A stretch of 64,000 nt of DNA from Octopus vulgaris (GCA_951406725.2 OX597831.1:79856001-79920000), one strand, 5' to 3'. Counted from the stretch's first letter, positions 1 through 12,422 are shown. Translations and numbers: made by a program. The notes: generated from the letters alone by a model not told the origin.

Positions 1-579
1 ATGCCTATTTACATATTTCGGCGCTGAGCCTATTCTTCTTCGCCTCCGACCGGGCTGTGAGCTGCCCTTAGGTACCCGGTCGGGGTCCAAAATCACGATT
101 CTGAACAAGTCCCTCGTAAAGGAGCCCACCACCATGGCCATGTCGACCTCCGATATGACCTTCGCAGTCACTTGCGAAGGCCAATTCCTGCCTTCGGTCC
201 AGGCTAAGGGCTCCTCCGTCAAGTCCCGCTTCCTTAGGTTTTCTATCGCCCCTCCCTTCAGAAAGAGTACAACAAACTCATCTTCCCTCCTGCTTGGATG
301 GGTCAAGCTCCCTCTATCGGTGGCATACTTCCCACCGACAGTTTCGGGGCATGCTGGCAGTTGATTGTCAACTGCCAGCGATGTCCCATTCTTTTTTCTT
401 TTTTTTCTTTTCTCGACGAGAGGATAAAGTTTCTCCAACTTGTCCGGGAGTCCCTCCTTCCCTCCCGTCACCTCAGAATCCATCGGTGGGCAACCATTGT
501 CGCCAATCTTCTTTCTTTTTTTCCTTTCGAGGGGGCTACCTCCTCCTCGACTTTTTCTACATCTCCCTCCGTTATATAC
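1..579 (-). other. Stop-free reading frame running off the left window edge; unassigned, possibly a retroelement ORF1 remnant
   Basis: Manual minus-strand translation is open from 579 to 1 (...LERKKRKKIGDNG...LVEKRKKRKKNGT...EDEFVVLFLKGG...DLFRIVILDPD...). The segment is far more GC-rich than the window. It is missing from the ORF track because there is no stop in the window. No domain recognised. Confidence 0.3.
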
Positions 580-689
580 TCAGGAGGCTCCGCTGAAGGA
601 AGCCACGCCTACCCCTTCCTCAGGAAAGGTGGTATTCGTTATTATGTGAACCCATCAGCCGCATGCGGCTCTGATCTCACATATGGCGG

Positions 690-932
690 GTTAATTAAAA
701 CAGCTTTGATTCTCAGTTTCCCAATGTTTCTTTCTGTGGCTGCAGTGGAAACCTGAATGTCTTTGGTGTGGTATTTCTGCAGATTCCTTTTTCTACGGAA
801 GAAGCATTAGCATAGTGTTCTTTGATGGTACATCCGATGTAGAACTCATTGAATTTGATGCACGTGATTTTAATCACGTAGGACCGCACCGCAATCATTA
901 TCGTCTTTGATCAGGCAGTTGGAACGTGTGCA
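690..932 (-). mobile_element. Penelope-like element remnant (Cys-rich linker plus GIY-YIG endonuclease)
   Basis: Frameshifted translation CTRSNCLIKDDNDC...YVIKITCIKFNEFYIGCT/IKEH...IQVSTAATERNIGKLRIKAVLI matches the PLE pattern C-x-C...VY.ITC..C...YIG.T...R..EH...LR..EA..I. Confidence 0.7.
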
Positions 933-939
933 CATGGTA

Positions 940-972
<33 letters not shown>

Positions 973-980
973 ATATATTA

Positions 981-1196
981 TTTATTTACTACCCACAATG
1001 GGCTAAACACAGGGGGGACAGACAAAGGGATTAAGTCGATTACATCGACCCCAGTGCGTAACTGGTACTTAATTTATCGACCCCGAAAGAATGAAAGGCA
1101 AAGTCGCCGTCAGCGCAATTTGAACTCGGAACGTAACGACAGACGAAATACCGCTAAGCATTTCGCCTGGCGTACTAACGTTTCTGCCAGCTCGCC
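981..1196 (-). mobile_element. tRNA-derived SINE, family A
   Basis: Reverse complement reads GGCGAGCTGGCAGAAACGTTAG...GAGTTCAAATT...GACTTTGCCTTTCAT...GGGGTCGATAAATTAAGTACCAG; more than 10 homologous copies in the window. Confidence 0.85.
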
Positions 1197-1197
1197 T

Positions 1198-1242
<45 letters not shown>

Positions 1243-1749
1243 GCGCGCGACTTCCACACTCCGACCCCATTTTTCACTTCCTGCCTCGCTGTATTTACTG
1301 CGAAACTTGTGAATCCCATTTCTAGTGTAAGGACATCTTATTTCTGATGGGCAGCGATGAATTTTAATGTGCAATAGTCCCCTGTACACCATTTGACATT
1401 TTACAGACAAGTGGTATGCACATTTATAATACCACTTTTACTGTCACACACGTCTGTACACACGTATAGGTTGATGTAGTAACAGATACATTATTCTGGA
1501 ATAATACAATATTTAGATAAATATGATGTGCCAAATATCGAACTCAACCTCATACAATTAAACTATCAGCGAATAAATTCATTTTTCTGTTCTACAAAAA
1601 ATACGAAACCTGGTCGTGTTTTTCCGAGCTTTAAAGTTTTCCTTCATTTCTTAGCTTCTATGAGAGAGATCGATGTGTAAGCTGTAAATTCGATTTCGGT
1701 AGACATTCGTTGATTGACCTAGACTTGATACGAATCGAGTGTATATCTT

Positions 1750-2050
1750 TCTTTTACTTCAACTGCTGTGAGGCTGGAGCACGACCTTAGCCGAGCAAAT
1801 CAACCCTAGCACTTATTCAAGCCTGGTACTTTTTCCATTGTACTCTTTCTGTCGAATCGCCATGTTACGGGTACGTAGACAAACCAGCACTGGTTTTTTT
1901 CAAGCGGTGGGAAACAACACCCGAGCACACGACAGTCTTTTTAGTTCCCATCTAGGAAATAAAATCACAAGACCTTGATCGGCCCGAGTCTATAGCAGGT
2001 ACTTGCCTAGGATTGCACTCAGTGTGACTAAGCCTCAAACGACAGGGTTA
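1750..2050 (-). mobile_element. tRNA-derived SINE, family B (degenerate)
   Basis: Homologous to the intact copy at 25485-25940 (GCTGGAGCAC, CCTGGTACTT, GTTACGGG.ACGTA, CTATAGCAG blocks). Confidence 0.65.
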
Positions 2051-3192
2051 AATTTTATGCCAGAAAACAAGGTATATTTGTGATTGTTTGATAATGGCAC
2101 CGCCGCTTAAAAGATCGGTAATCATGCAAAACAGCTTCTTTTATTGGTAAAATATCCAACAATAAAATAAATCGCACGCTCGGCACCGTACTTCTAGATG
2201 GACGCCATATTGACGACATACTTGCGTTTAATTGCTGTTAACATACGTGTGTATATCTGCATGCATAGTGAAATATGTAATTCTATATATGTAGTTGTAT
2301 GTAGGGTGTATATACGCGTGTGTGTTAGACAAACTAACATCATAGAACAAACGTGTCATAGAACCATTATTTTCCACTTTGATGGAACGTGATGACGTCA
2401 TAATTGGTTCTCTTAAAGCGTTTGTCTGGTCGGTCTTGTTACAGTTGTACATGTTGACTGTCGGCGATGGTATGGGGCATCGACGGTCATTTCTGGACAA
2501 TGGTGTTGGTCACGGTGGCATCAGGAGTGGTTGTTAGAGAGGTTTCGGGTGTTATTGGCTATGCTGCTGACGATTACGGCGTTGGTAAGAATATTCGGTG
2601 GGGTGTGTTTGATAATGTTAAAGACGATTTCTACAACAATGAAGACGATATTGATAACACGTGATCATGTATTAATGTAGTTTTTTTTGTGTGGGGGGGG
2701 GTATTTTTGTTTCTTTGTATGAAGATTGCGATATTGACCTCCTTAACATCGTTGTTCACTATGCTTGTTAATTGCTACCGTTAATTAGACGATGGTGGCA
2801 GGGCGGGAGGAGGCTGATGTCATTCATGCTGTTCCTGATGATGCTACTGATAATTAAGATGATATAATAGGGTGGTGACGGTAGTAGATTGTGGTAATGT
2901 CAGGCTCACCATGACGATGTAGGCGGATGAGGAATGGTGGTGGTGGTGGTGATAAAAAGGGGGAGCAGAAAAAGGAAGGAAAGTGGGTGAAAAGAAGCAA
3001 AATAAAGGACCTGATTTTTTTTTAAATGGTGGTGGTGGGAAGAATATGAAAGAGGGACAAGAAACCGAAAGTAATTGTACTGACAGACAGACCGACGGAC
3101 GAACGGAGCTTTGGCAGACACATTCAGACACCTTCGAGTTTTCAGACAATATGGCCGACAGACAAACTGAAAAACTGACTGGAAGACAGACA

Positions 3193-3409
3193 TACGAGAG
3201 GGTGGAGAAAAGTTCCTGGCTTTGAGGGTGTCGCGAAAGGCCTGGTTGGAGACCCAAACATCCGAGTGTTTTTAGAGGGCTTAGAAAAACTGAAGGACCA
3301 CTGCAATCGGTGTGTGAATCTGGGGTGGGATTATATTCAACAAGAGCATAATTGAACCTCTTGTATTTTCTTTTACTCAAAGCCAGGAACTTTTCAGCTT
3401 CACCCTGTA
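3193..3409 (+). mobile_element. Mariner-derived MITE / internal deletion derivative
   Basis: TA-flanked imperfect terminal inverted repeats (GAAAAGTTCCTGGCTTTGAG ... CTCAAAGCCAGGAACTTTTC). The interior translates FLEGLEKLKDHCNRCVNLG, resembling the mariner transposase C-terminus (F..GI.KL..RW.KCV...G.Y). Confidence 0.8.
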
Positions 3410-3461
3410 CAGATAACGTATGATAACTAAATTAGGGGTAGTTGATGAAAGAGTGTACCTG

Positions 3462-3625
3462 AAGGCGTGGCTGCGTGGTAAGAATCTTGCTTCCCATCCA
3501 CATGGTCCCGAGTTTAGTCCCGCTGCCTGGCACCTTGCACCAGAGTCTTCCAACTATGGCCTCGGGACGGTCAAGTCCTTGTTGGTAGATTTGGCAGACG
3601 AAAACTAAAAGAAGCACGTCGTACA
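3462..3625 (+). mobile_element. SINE family B, 5' half
   Basis: GGCGTGGCTGCGTGGTAAG head, GCACCTTG, GATTTGGCAGACGAAAACT blocks. Confidence 0.75.
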
Positions 3626-3648
3626 CAAAATATGTATACATATGTGCT

Positions 3649-3685
<37 letters not shown>

Positions 3686-4318
3686 ACAGTATCCAATTGG
3701 TTTGACGTCTTAAAGACAATATAGATTTTAAGTTAGATGGGTTCATACTGTCCGTATCCTTTCCTTTCGATAAGGGCAAGAGATTTTGTAACATTTGCAA
3801 CTCTGAACGCTTCCATATTCTCTTCTCTAAGAATCACCTTGTTAACACACTTATAGAGCGATCTTACAATTGTAAACACTGGCAGAAACATACCTTTAGC
3901 TCATATAAGTGATTTTGCCAGTCATTATAATTTGAACAATTAGTTTAACCTGCACTCCACTTCAATAGAGAAATCTCTTCCTAAGCCTTTGAACGTTCTT
4001 TTAATCAACGTATCCCTCCCTCTCTATTTTTTCCCTATTTAATATCCCTTTAACCCTTCTCTTCCTAATATATGCCTTTGACGTCAAATCTACTAACGGT
4101 TATTTTTAAATACTTAATAACGTTCTGTTTATCATGTAGGCAGCCATCGTAATTGTTATAAGGTCTTGTTGTTGAGATAGGCTTTCTTTCTTTCCCGATG
4201 AGAAGATTGCATCTTACACCGTTTATTCCTTTGGAATAGAACCATGTTGTCTTCGAAACATATGTCGAAAGTAAAGGAATTTTATTAACATCTTCGTTCA
4301 ACTCCATTTATTTATCTA

Positions 4319-4355
<37 letters not shown>

Positions 4356-4569
4356 TCAGACATACACGTTTCAAGCCTACGTCTCCGTAGATTGTTAAAA
4401 AAAAATTAACCTTATTACATGTTCGTCCCTTATTAGTGTCTCATCCGTGATGTCTATATAACTTGACCAGTCCCAAGGCAACAAGTAGGCAATCTGTTTA
4501 TATCCACATCAAGTCTAATAGCTTGAGACAACTGGAACTAGTAATTTGTTATAAAGTAAAAGCAAGCAT

Positions 4570-5015
4570 TGGCAGTGTATTTAAGAAGTTCGCTTCGTAA
4601 CCATGTGGTTTCAGGTTCTGTCCCTCTGTGCAGCACCTTGGGCAAGTGTCTTCTATAACCCTGACCGATCAAAGCTTTCTCAGTGAATTAAGAAACTATG
4701 TGGTAGGCCATCGTCCTGTATGCCTGCCTTTGTGTTCGTTTTTGCTCCAGCTCTGCCGGTGTTAATTTCTCAATGTTTTGTCCGCCGAGGTCGACTTTGC
4801 CTTTCTTACTTTCGGGGTTGATAAATTAAGTACCTGTTGCGTACTGGGGTCGATCTAATCGATTGCCCCCACCTTCCCCAACATTTCGGGCCTTGTACCT
4901 CGAGTAGAAAAGAATTCCTCAGTCTCCTTGTAACTTAACGGCTCAACAAAAGATCCCGATAGAACAAGGACCGGACTTAATATATGTTCTAGGTCGATTT
5001 GTTCGACTAATTTGT
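4570..5015 (+). mobile_element. SINE family B with a nested 5'-truncated family A copy (~4780-4915)
   Basis: Family B head (GGTTCTGTCCC...CACCTTGGGCAAGTGTC) and tail (GTAACTTAACGG...GATAGAA...GTTCGACTAA) are interrupted by CCGCCGAGGTCGACTTTGCC...GAGTAGAAAAG. Confidence 0.75.
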
Positions 5016-5159
5016 ATACAGGTGTGTCATATACACACAGGTAAGATGTCGTTCAACCAAATGCCATGTTATAAAAAAAGTCACTTGTTCAAAGTGCCGA
5101 GCAGTAAAATCGAACCCAGGACCATTTAGTAGTGAAACAAATTTCTTAACTCTTCAACG

Positions 5160-6810
5160 ATCGTCATCGCCATCCTTCTCATCATCCTCATTTTTATCAT
5201 CATCGTCATCATTGTTACACCTTCTTCGTCATTACCGTAATCGTCGTTGTCATCGCATCTTCGACTTCGTCCTTATCATCATCATCGTCATTATTATCAA
5301 CGTTGTGATCATGCCTTCTTCGTCATCATCAGCCATTATCATCATCATCATCATCTTCATCGCCGTCATCATCAGCGTTATCATTATCACCGTAATCGTC
5401 GTTGCCATCACATCCTCATCGCCGTCATCCTCATCATCATCATCAACAGCAGCAGGAAATTAACTACAGACCCAAGGAAAAAATTAATTACACCATCACC
5501 GCCATCAAAATCACAAATACTCTCTCCCCCACCTCCTCTTTCACCGCCACCAGCAAGAACACCAACACCAACACCACCCACAGCAACATTATCGTCATCA
5601 TCATCAGCAGCAGCAAAGCTAACAGCACCAATATCTGCAAATTAGTAACAGCCATTATCACAACCATCATCATCATCATCACCGCCATGGTCATCCCATC
5701 ACCATCCCCATCACCTCTACCACCATCAATGCTATCATCATCATCATCCTCATCGACAGCAGTCATGCTATTGTTATTCCCGACACCCTCATTGTAATCA
5801 GCATCATCGGCCACATCGCCGTCATTGCCATTCTCATCTGCTTCATCACCGTCATCATCGTCATCATCATCGTCATCATCAATGATTATTAATATTCATC
5901 ATCATCATCATCGTCATCATCAACAGTTATTAATATTCATCATCATCGTCATCATTCATCACCATTTTCTTCTTTTTCCCTTTCTTCCGCATAATCAGCA
6001 GCAGCACCATCATCATCATTTGCTTTCGTTCTCCCTTTTTCATTCTCCTCCTCCTCCTCCTCCTCATCATCAGCATCATCCTCAACATCATCGTTACCAA
6101 TATCACCGTCAACAGCATCAATTATCATCATTGTAATTATTATTCTCCGCCTCTTCCTCATCCCCCTCCTCCTCCTCCTAATCATCATCGTCGTCGTCAT
6201 CGTGAAAACCGCCATCGTTATCAGCAGCATCACCAATGCTACAACCATCAGCAGTAGCACCTCCACCACTACCACCACCATCCTCATTATCGCCTTCATC
6301 AACACCACCCGTACCGCCGTCACCACCATCAACACATCATCATCATCATCAACAATCATTATCATTATAATCAATAACATTGTCATTACTATCATCATCA
6401 TCATCATCATTCACTACAACCTCAGTCATGGCCATCCTCAACGATGCTTCTGCCAACACCGCCATCACCACCACCACCAATGCCATCACTACTACCACCA
6501 CCACCACTACCACCACCATTACCACCATCAGTACTATCAGCACCATCACTACCACCGCTAGTACCACCATCAGTACCACCACCATCATCATCATCGCCAT
6601 CATCATCATTAATACCGCTACTACCACCACTAGCAACACACCACCTGCACCACCACCAATACCACCATCATCATCACTACCACCACCACCAAGGCCATCA
6701 CCACCTCTACCATCACACACCACCACCACCATAATCTCCATCACCACTATCATCATCATTCCCACCGCTGCCACCGCCAACCACCATGACCACCACCATC
6801 AACAGTAACT
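5160..6810. repeat. Compound imperfect (CAT)n/(CAC)n trinucleotide repeat field
   Basis: Direct reading; source of the poly-H/I/S/T/P ORFs. Confidence 0.9.
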
Positions 6811-7321
6811 CCGCTTCTGTGTTAAACTCACTGGTCAATATTGGCTGTACAATTTCACAGACGGTATTTCTAATCAAGTCTTTGAATAAAGACTACGGTG
6901 ATTAATTAGTCAATAGACAGCAATTAATCAGGAAATCATCAGATGGGGCACTAACCGCCACCACAAACACCGCCGCCTCTAGCGTCATACCTTCATCAGC
7001 ATCATTATCAACATCATCATCATCATAATCATCTTCGCTATTCCTCATCACTACCGCCGCCGCCGCCACCACCGCCAGCAATAACAGTTACAACAACAAA
7101 GGCAGCCATAACTGCATCAATACGAGGAGGTCATTCCAGATATAGCAACGGTTTTACCGTTTCTCTTCTGTGTAGCAGAACATGAAAAGCGGTAGCCACA
7201 ACAACAACAACAACAATATAAGCAGTTGTAGCAACAGAAACAATATCACAAGCAAAAACGACAACAGCAACAGCAAAAAAAAACCCAGCAACAATAGTAA
7301 CGGCAACAATCAACAGCGGCG

Positions 7322-7382
<61 letters not shown>

Positions 7383-7399
7383 CAGTTATAATGGTGACG

Positions 7400-7456
7400 T
7401 TGTATATGGTTTCTATAATGATAATGATAATAATAATAATTATGATGATGATGACG

Positions 7457-7491
<35 letters not shown>

Positions 7492-7956
7492 TATAATAAA
7501 TAATAATGGTAATAATTATGATGATGATAATAATAATAATAATAATAATGGTAATAATAATAATAAAAATGATGATAATAATAATAATAATAATAATGAT
7601 AATAATGATGATAATAATGATAATACTACTACTACAACAACTACTACTAACTAATAATAATAATAATAATAATATGATAATAATAACAGCAGTCGTCGTC
7701 GTAAAGCTGTTAATGACTCCTTTTGAAATAATAACTGCAATAATAGTAATATTGATAATAATAATGATAATGATAGGCGATTGCAAGAACAAGAGCAACG
7801 TCTACAAGAAGAAGATCAGAAAAAGTAAGAGTAAAAAATAAGAGAAAAACTATGAAAAAAATTAAATAAGGGCAACAACAACAACAGCTTCTACAAAAAC
7901 ATGAAAAAACATCAATAAAAATAACAATGATAATAATAATAATAATAATAATAATG

Positions 7957-8041
<85 letters not shown>

Positions 8042-8226
8042 TAATAATAATAATAATAATAATAATGATAATAATAATAATAATAATAATAATGATAATA
8101 ATAATAATAATAATAATAACAATGATAATAATAATAATAATAATTATAATAATAATAATAATAACAATGATAATCATAATAATAATAATTATAATAATAA
8201 TAATAATAATAATGATAATAATAATA

Positions 8227-8261
<35 letters not shown>

Positions 8262-8306
8262 AAGAAGAATAAGTGCATCAATAACAACAACAATAATAAT
8301 AATAAC

Positions 8307-8347
<41 letters not shown>

Positions 8348-8349
8348 TG

Positions 8350-8383
<34 letters not shown>

Positions 8384-8560
8384 TGATAATAATAATAATA
8401 ATAATAATAATCATGATAATAATAATAATTATAATAATAATAATAATGATAATAATAATAATAATGATGATGATGATGATGATGATGATAAGAAGATTAA
8501 GAGCATCAATAACAAGAACAACAACAATAATAATAATAATAATAAATATCAGCAACAATG
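7400..8560. repeat. Large (TAA)n/(TGA)n microsatellite array
   Basis: Direct reading; includes an internal duplication marked by GATAAGAAG..TAAG.GCATCAATAAC at ~8258 and ~8486. Confidence 0.95.
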
Positions 8561-8863
8561 ATGACTCCGACGATGTGAACATCAAGAAACAACTGCAATA
8601 ACGACAACAGCAACAACGATTTTAACTACCAACAACAACAACAACAATAAAAAAAAACATTAAACAACAACAACAACAACAGCAACATGAACAATAGACA
8701 AAAACAACAACAACAACAACGACAACAACTGATAATATTGTCGATGGCCACATTCAACAATTTAAGTCGATAATTGCGTTTTCTACAATTGCGGTTAATT
8801 AATAGAAGTGGTTGGGCGCCGACCTAGCTATGTTAATATGGAATATTGGTGTTGGGGGGGTGG

Positions 8864-9040
8864 GGGCGAGCTGGCCGAATCGTTAACGTGCCGGACGAAA
8901 TGCTTAGCCGAGTTTCGTCTGTTCTTACGATCCGGATTCAAATTTTCCGAGGTCGATTTTTTTTGTTCATTTTTTTTTTGCATTTCATCCTTTCGGGGTC
9001 CATAAAAGTGCAAGGATCGATGGATGTAATCGATATACGT
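8864..9040 (+). mobile_element. SINE family A
   Basis: GGCGAGCTGGCCGAATCGTTA...ATTCAAATTTTCCGAGGTCGA...TTTCATCCTTTCGGGGTC. Confidence 0.8.
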
Positions 9041-10003
9041 TCTCTGTGCCGATTTTACAGGCGTTATTGTCGATGGTGGTGGTCATGGCGGTAGTGACAG
9101 CAGTGGGGAGAATGATGATGATGGTGGTGATCGTGGTGGTATGTGCGCGTAGAGGTCGTGATGGCCTTGGTGGTGGTCGTGGTGGCAGCAGTGGTGATGA
9201 TGATGATAGTAGTTGTGGTGGTGGTGGTGGTGGTGGTGGTGTGTGCTCGTAGAGGTGGTGATAGCCTTGGTGGTGGTGTGTTGCTAGTGGTGGTAGTGGT
9301 AATGATGATGATAGTAGTTGTGGTGGTAGTGGTGGTGGTGGTGGTGGTTGTGTGGGCTCGTAGAGGTGGTGATGGCCTTAGAGGTGGTGATGATGATGGT
9401 GGTATTGGTGGTGGTGCTTGTGGTGGTGGTGGCGGTAGTGGTGACGATGATGATGGTGGTGGTGGTGGTGATCGTGGCAGTAGTGGTATTACTGGTGACG
9501 GTGATACTAGTGGCAAGGGTGGTGCTGATAGTACTGATGGTGGTAATGGTGGTGGTGGTAGTGGAGACGATGGTGGTGGTTGCAGTTGTCTTTACTATTA
9601 AGGACCTGTACGGACACCGTATTTCGCTATGCAACCATAATATTCTACAAAGTATATTAAACGTTTCTATAAGTCTATTACTACGTTCTACTGTGTTAGC
9701 AGTGCTATTAAATCACTTTGTCAAAGTTATCTCTATAGATTATGTTATCGAAATTATAGCCAGCACGGATTTTGTATATACACTCATTTCCCAATTTTTC
9801 ATCTTCGATCTTATTGTTGGTTACATCAGCGGTCTCTGATACGAAACGTCGTCGCAAAATCAGTCCTGGTTCTATAATTTGTATAGAAAATTAGCAGAGT
9901 TAAGTTTAACAACTAATTGTTTCTACTAAGTTGAAATCTTGTCAAGTACGCCAGTACCAGTGACTTGGGCAGTATCCTCCAAAGTTTCAATAATTTTATG
10001 TTG

Positions 10004-10045
<42 letters not shown>

Positions 10046-10170
10046 TTTGTAGTAATAGCAATAGTAGTAGCATTAGTAGTAGTAGTAGTAGTAGTAGTAG
10101 CAACTGCAGTAGTAGTAGCAGTAGTAGTAGTAGTAGCAGCAGCAGCAGTAGTAGCAGCAGCAGCAGTAGC

Positions 10171-10217
<47 letters not shown>

Positions 10218-10229
10218 CAGCAGCTATCA

Positions 10230-10450
10230 TGATTTCAAGTTTTGGCGCAAGACCAGCCTATTCTTCAGGGGAAGAGGCTCAGTCGATAATATCGACACCC
10301 CAGTATTATTTGACTGGTACAATCTTTTATCGGCCCCGAAAAGGATGAAGGGCAAAATCGACCTCGGAATTTGAGCTCAGAACATAAAGACTGACGTAGT
10401 GTCGCTAAGCATTTCGTCGGTTGTGATAACGGTTTTGCCAGCTCGCCGCC
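10230..10450 (-). mobile_element. SINE family A
   Basis: AAAGGATGAAGGGCAAAATCGACCTCGG...TTTTGCCAGCTCGCC on + strand. Confidence 0.8.
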
Positions 10451-10489
10451 TTAATAATAGTAGATATAACCATCTTGTTGGTGATTTGC

Positions 10490-10925
10490 TTCGAGAGGTT
10501 GGTAAAAAAAGAGCGAAACTTGATATGGTCAGTTTGGCTTTCGTGCTTCTTCCCACTTACGATCATAAACTTTGGGTAATGACCAAACGAAAACACTCGC
10601 GAACACCAGCAGCCGAAATGGGGTTCCTTGGAAGGATGTCTGAAAGTAGGGTTACTCGACAGGATGTGTAGCTTGGAGGTGAGGGAATCTCTCCAGATCG
10701 AACCTCTACTTCTTTGCATCGGTAGTAGTAAGGACATCTCATCAGGATGTCAGAGGAAAAAGTTCTCAAGATTTTTTTTTACGATCCAAACCAACCGACC
10801 GGAGACCTAGGGATCGAACAAGAACGAGATGGCTGGATAATATCCTTTGTTTCATTTGGCCAAACATAGTACAATGATGATTTCTCGTGACAGGACCCTA
10901 TGGTCAACGTGACTAAAGACATTAT
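10490..10925 (+). mobile_element. RTE-clade LINE, 5'-truncated decayed 3' end
   Basis: Translation LPTYDHKLWVMTKRKHSRTPAAEMGFLGRM...VRESLQIEPLLLCI...LIRM...RTRWLD resembles the Rex3/Expander RTE C-terminus (LTYGHELWVMTER.RSRIQAAEM.FLRR); followed by (TAA)n. Confidence 0.75.
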
Positions 10926-10931
10926 CCACAC

Positions 10932-10986
10932 AATAATAATAATAATGATAATAATAATAATAGTAATAATAATAATAATAATAATA

Positions 10987-11054
<68 letters not shown>

Positions 11055-11211
11055 GTAATAATAATAATAGTAAGATAATAATAATAATATAGTAATAATA
11101 ATAATAGTAAGAGTAATAATAATAATAATAATAATAGTAATAATAATAATAATAATAATAATATTAATAATAATAATAATAATAATAATAGTAATAATAA
11201 TAATAATAATA

Positions 11212-11260
<49 letters not shown>

Positions 11261-11278
11261 TAATAATGATAATAATTT
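10932..11278. repeat. (TAA)n microsatellite
   Basis: Direct reading. Confidence 0.95.
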
Positions 11279-11283
11279 CAACT

Positions 11284-11515
11284 ATTTTTTATAATCTTTC
11301 TTTATTGGCCTCCAATGCCGGACACAAAGCAAAGAGGACGAAACAGAGACGAGGGACAGTGACGTTAAACGTGTAAACAGCAAAACACAACAATTAATAG
11401 TTCCCGAATAGGGGGAGACCCACAGAGAGGTGACCAAAGCAACCTCACCCCCTTTGGGCTCCTAACACCAAGGTGCCTCTGTCAGGTACCCCTCTCCTCC
11501 TCACTCCAAGTAAAA
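11284..11515 (-). mobile_element. Probable 3' UTR fragment of a polyadenylated LINE
   Basis: Non-simple GC-richer island ending (minus strand) in AATAAA (11301-11306) followed by an A-run (11285-11290); no ORF to assign a clade. Confidence 0.35.
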
Positions 11516-11637
11516 CATCCAACATATATCTTATTTTTATTCTTATATTCCCTTTTATACTTCTTATATCTCTCCCTTTCTAAAATAACTTCTTATACTG
11601 AACTCAACTATTTCCTTCTATTTAACTCTCTGACGTC

Positions 11638-11685
11638 GTCTACGGTGATTGAATATCTTTTATATTCCTGAAACAGCTGTAAGGC
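11638..11685 (+). ncRNA. Degenerate hammerhead-like motif (GAAACAGCTGTA family)
   Basis: GTCT / ACGGTGA (damaged core) / GAATAT-CTTTT-ATATTC hairpin / GAAACAGCTGTA / AGGC; homologous to 34975-35026. Confidence 0.4.
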
Positions 11686-11760
11686 TACCCTTCTCTTTCT
11701 TTATAAAATGTCATAGAAATTTTACACTGCCTTGGCTTTGTTGTCTAATTTCATTTAACC

Positions 11761-11804
<44 letters not shown>

Positions 11805-12034
11805 ATAGTATTAGACAGTTTAGGTATATATTAACTAAATTTGGATGAAATTGGTGGGTGAGCGTTTGACCCAATCGGATGCGCAAGGATCCATGTTAGC
11901 GTTGGTTTGGGGGTTCGATTCCGGCTGAGGTTTGCTCATCATTTTTCAGTCATTTTGTTGTATTTAAAAACTGTCGAACCCTCATACGTCATCTATCGAC
12001 GGGAGACTCCATCTTATATATATATATATATGTT

Positions 12035-12307
12035 CTTTTATCTGTTCCAATCATTTGACTACGTTCATGCTGGAGTATCTCGCTCCCAGTACTCATTATT
12101 TCAAGTCAGGTACTTATTCTATCCGTCTCTTGGCCAAACCGCTCAGTTACGGGAATGTAAACCCACCAACACTGGTTTCCAAGCGGACTTCTTTCACTTT
12201 CCGTCTACCAAATCCACTTACAAAGCTTGGTCATGCCAATACTTGTCCAAGGTACCATGCATTGGGATTGAACCCCGAACCATGTGGTTGAGAAGCAAGC
12301 GTCTTAC
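12035..12307 (-). mobile_element. SINE family B lacking its first ~20 nt
   Basis: TCATTTGACT...CATGCTGGAG tail through TTCCGTCTACCAAATCCAC to GAACCATGTGGTTGAGAAGCAAGC. Confidence 0.8.
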
Positions 12308-12308
12308 A

Positions 12309-12422
12309 TTCGAATATTTGCTACAACCACCAAGATCTGCGCCCGCGGTGGGCTTCACCCGGGCTTCCGCCCGGTGCAGCTTTCGTGCACGCCGCGGCAC
12401 CCTCCTACTAGACCGGGCATCG
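12309..12422 (-). pseudogene. 28S (LSU) rRNA fragment
   Basis: + strand TTCGAATATTTGCTACAACCACCAAGATCTGC...CCCTCCTACT is the reverse complement of the conserved eukaryotic LSU segment AGTAGGAGGG...GCAGATCTTGGTGGTAGTAGCAAATATTC; locally very GC-rich. Confidence 0.85.

Noticed and set aside
3690-4310. Unique AT-rich segment with an 80-aa minus-strand ORF
   Set aside because: No recognisable motif in the frames examined; probably a decayed element, but I cannot support a call.
7710-8601. Poly-Ile/Leu/Asn ORFs resembling membrane proteins
   Set aside because: (TAA)n microsatellite.
9812-9860. ATCAG/CTGAT hairpin followed by GAAACGTCGTC
   Set aside because: The upstream catalytic core is unrecognisable; at best a heavily decayed relic.
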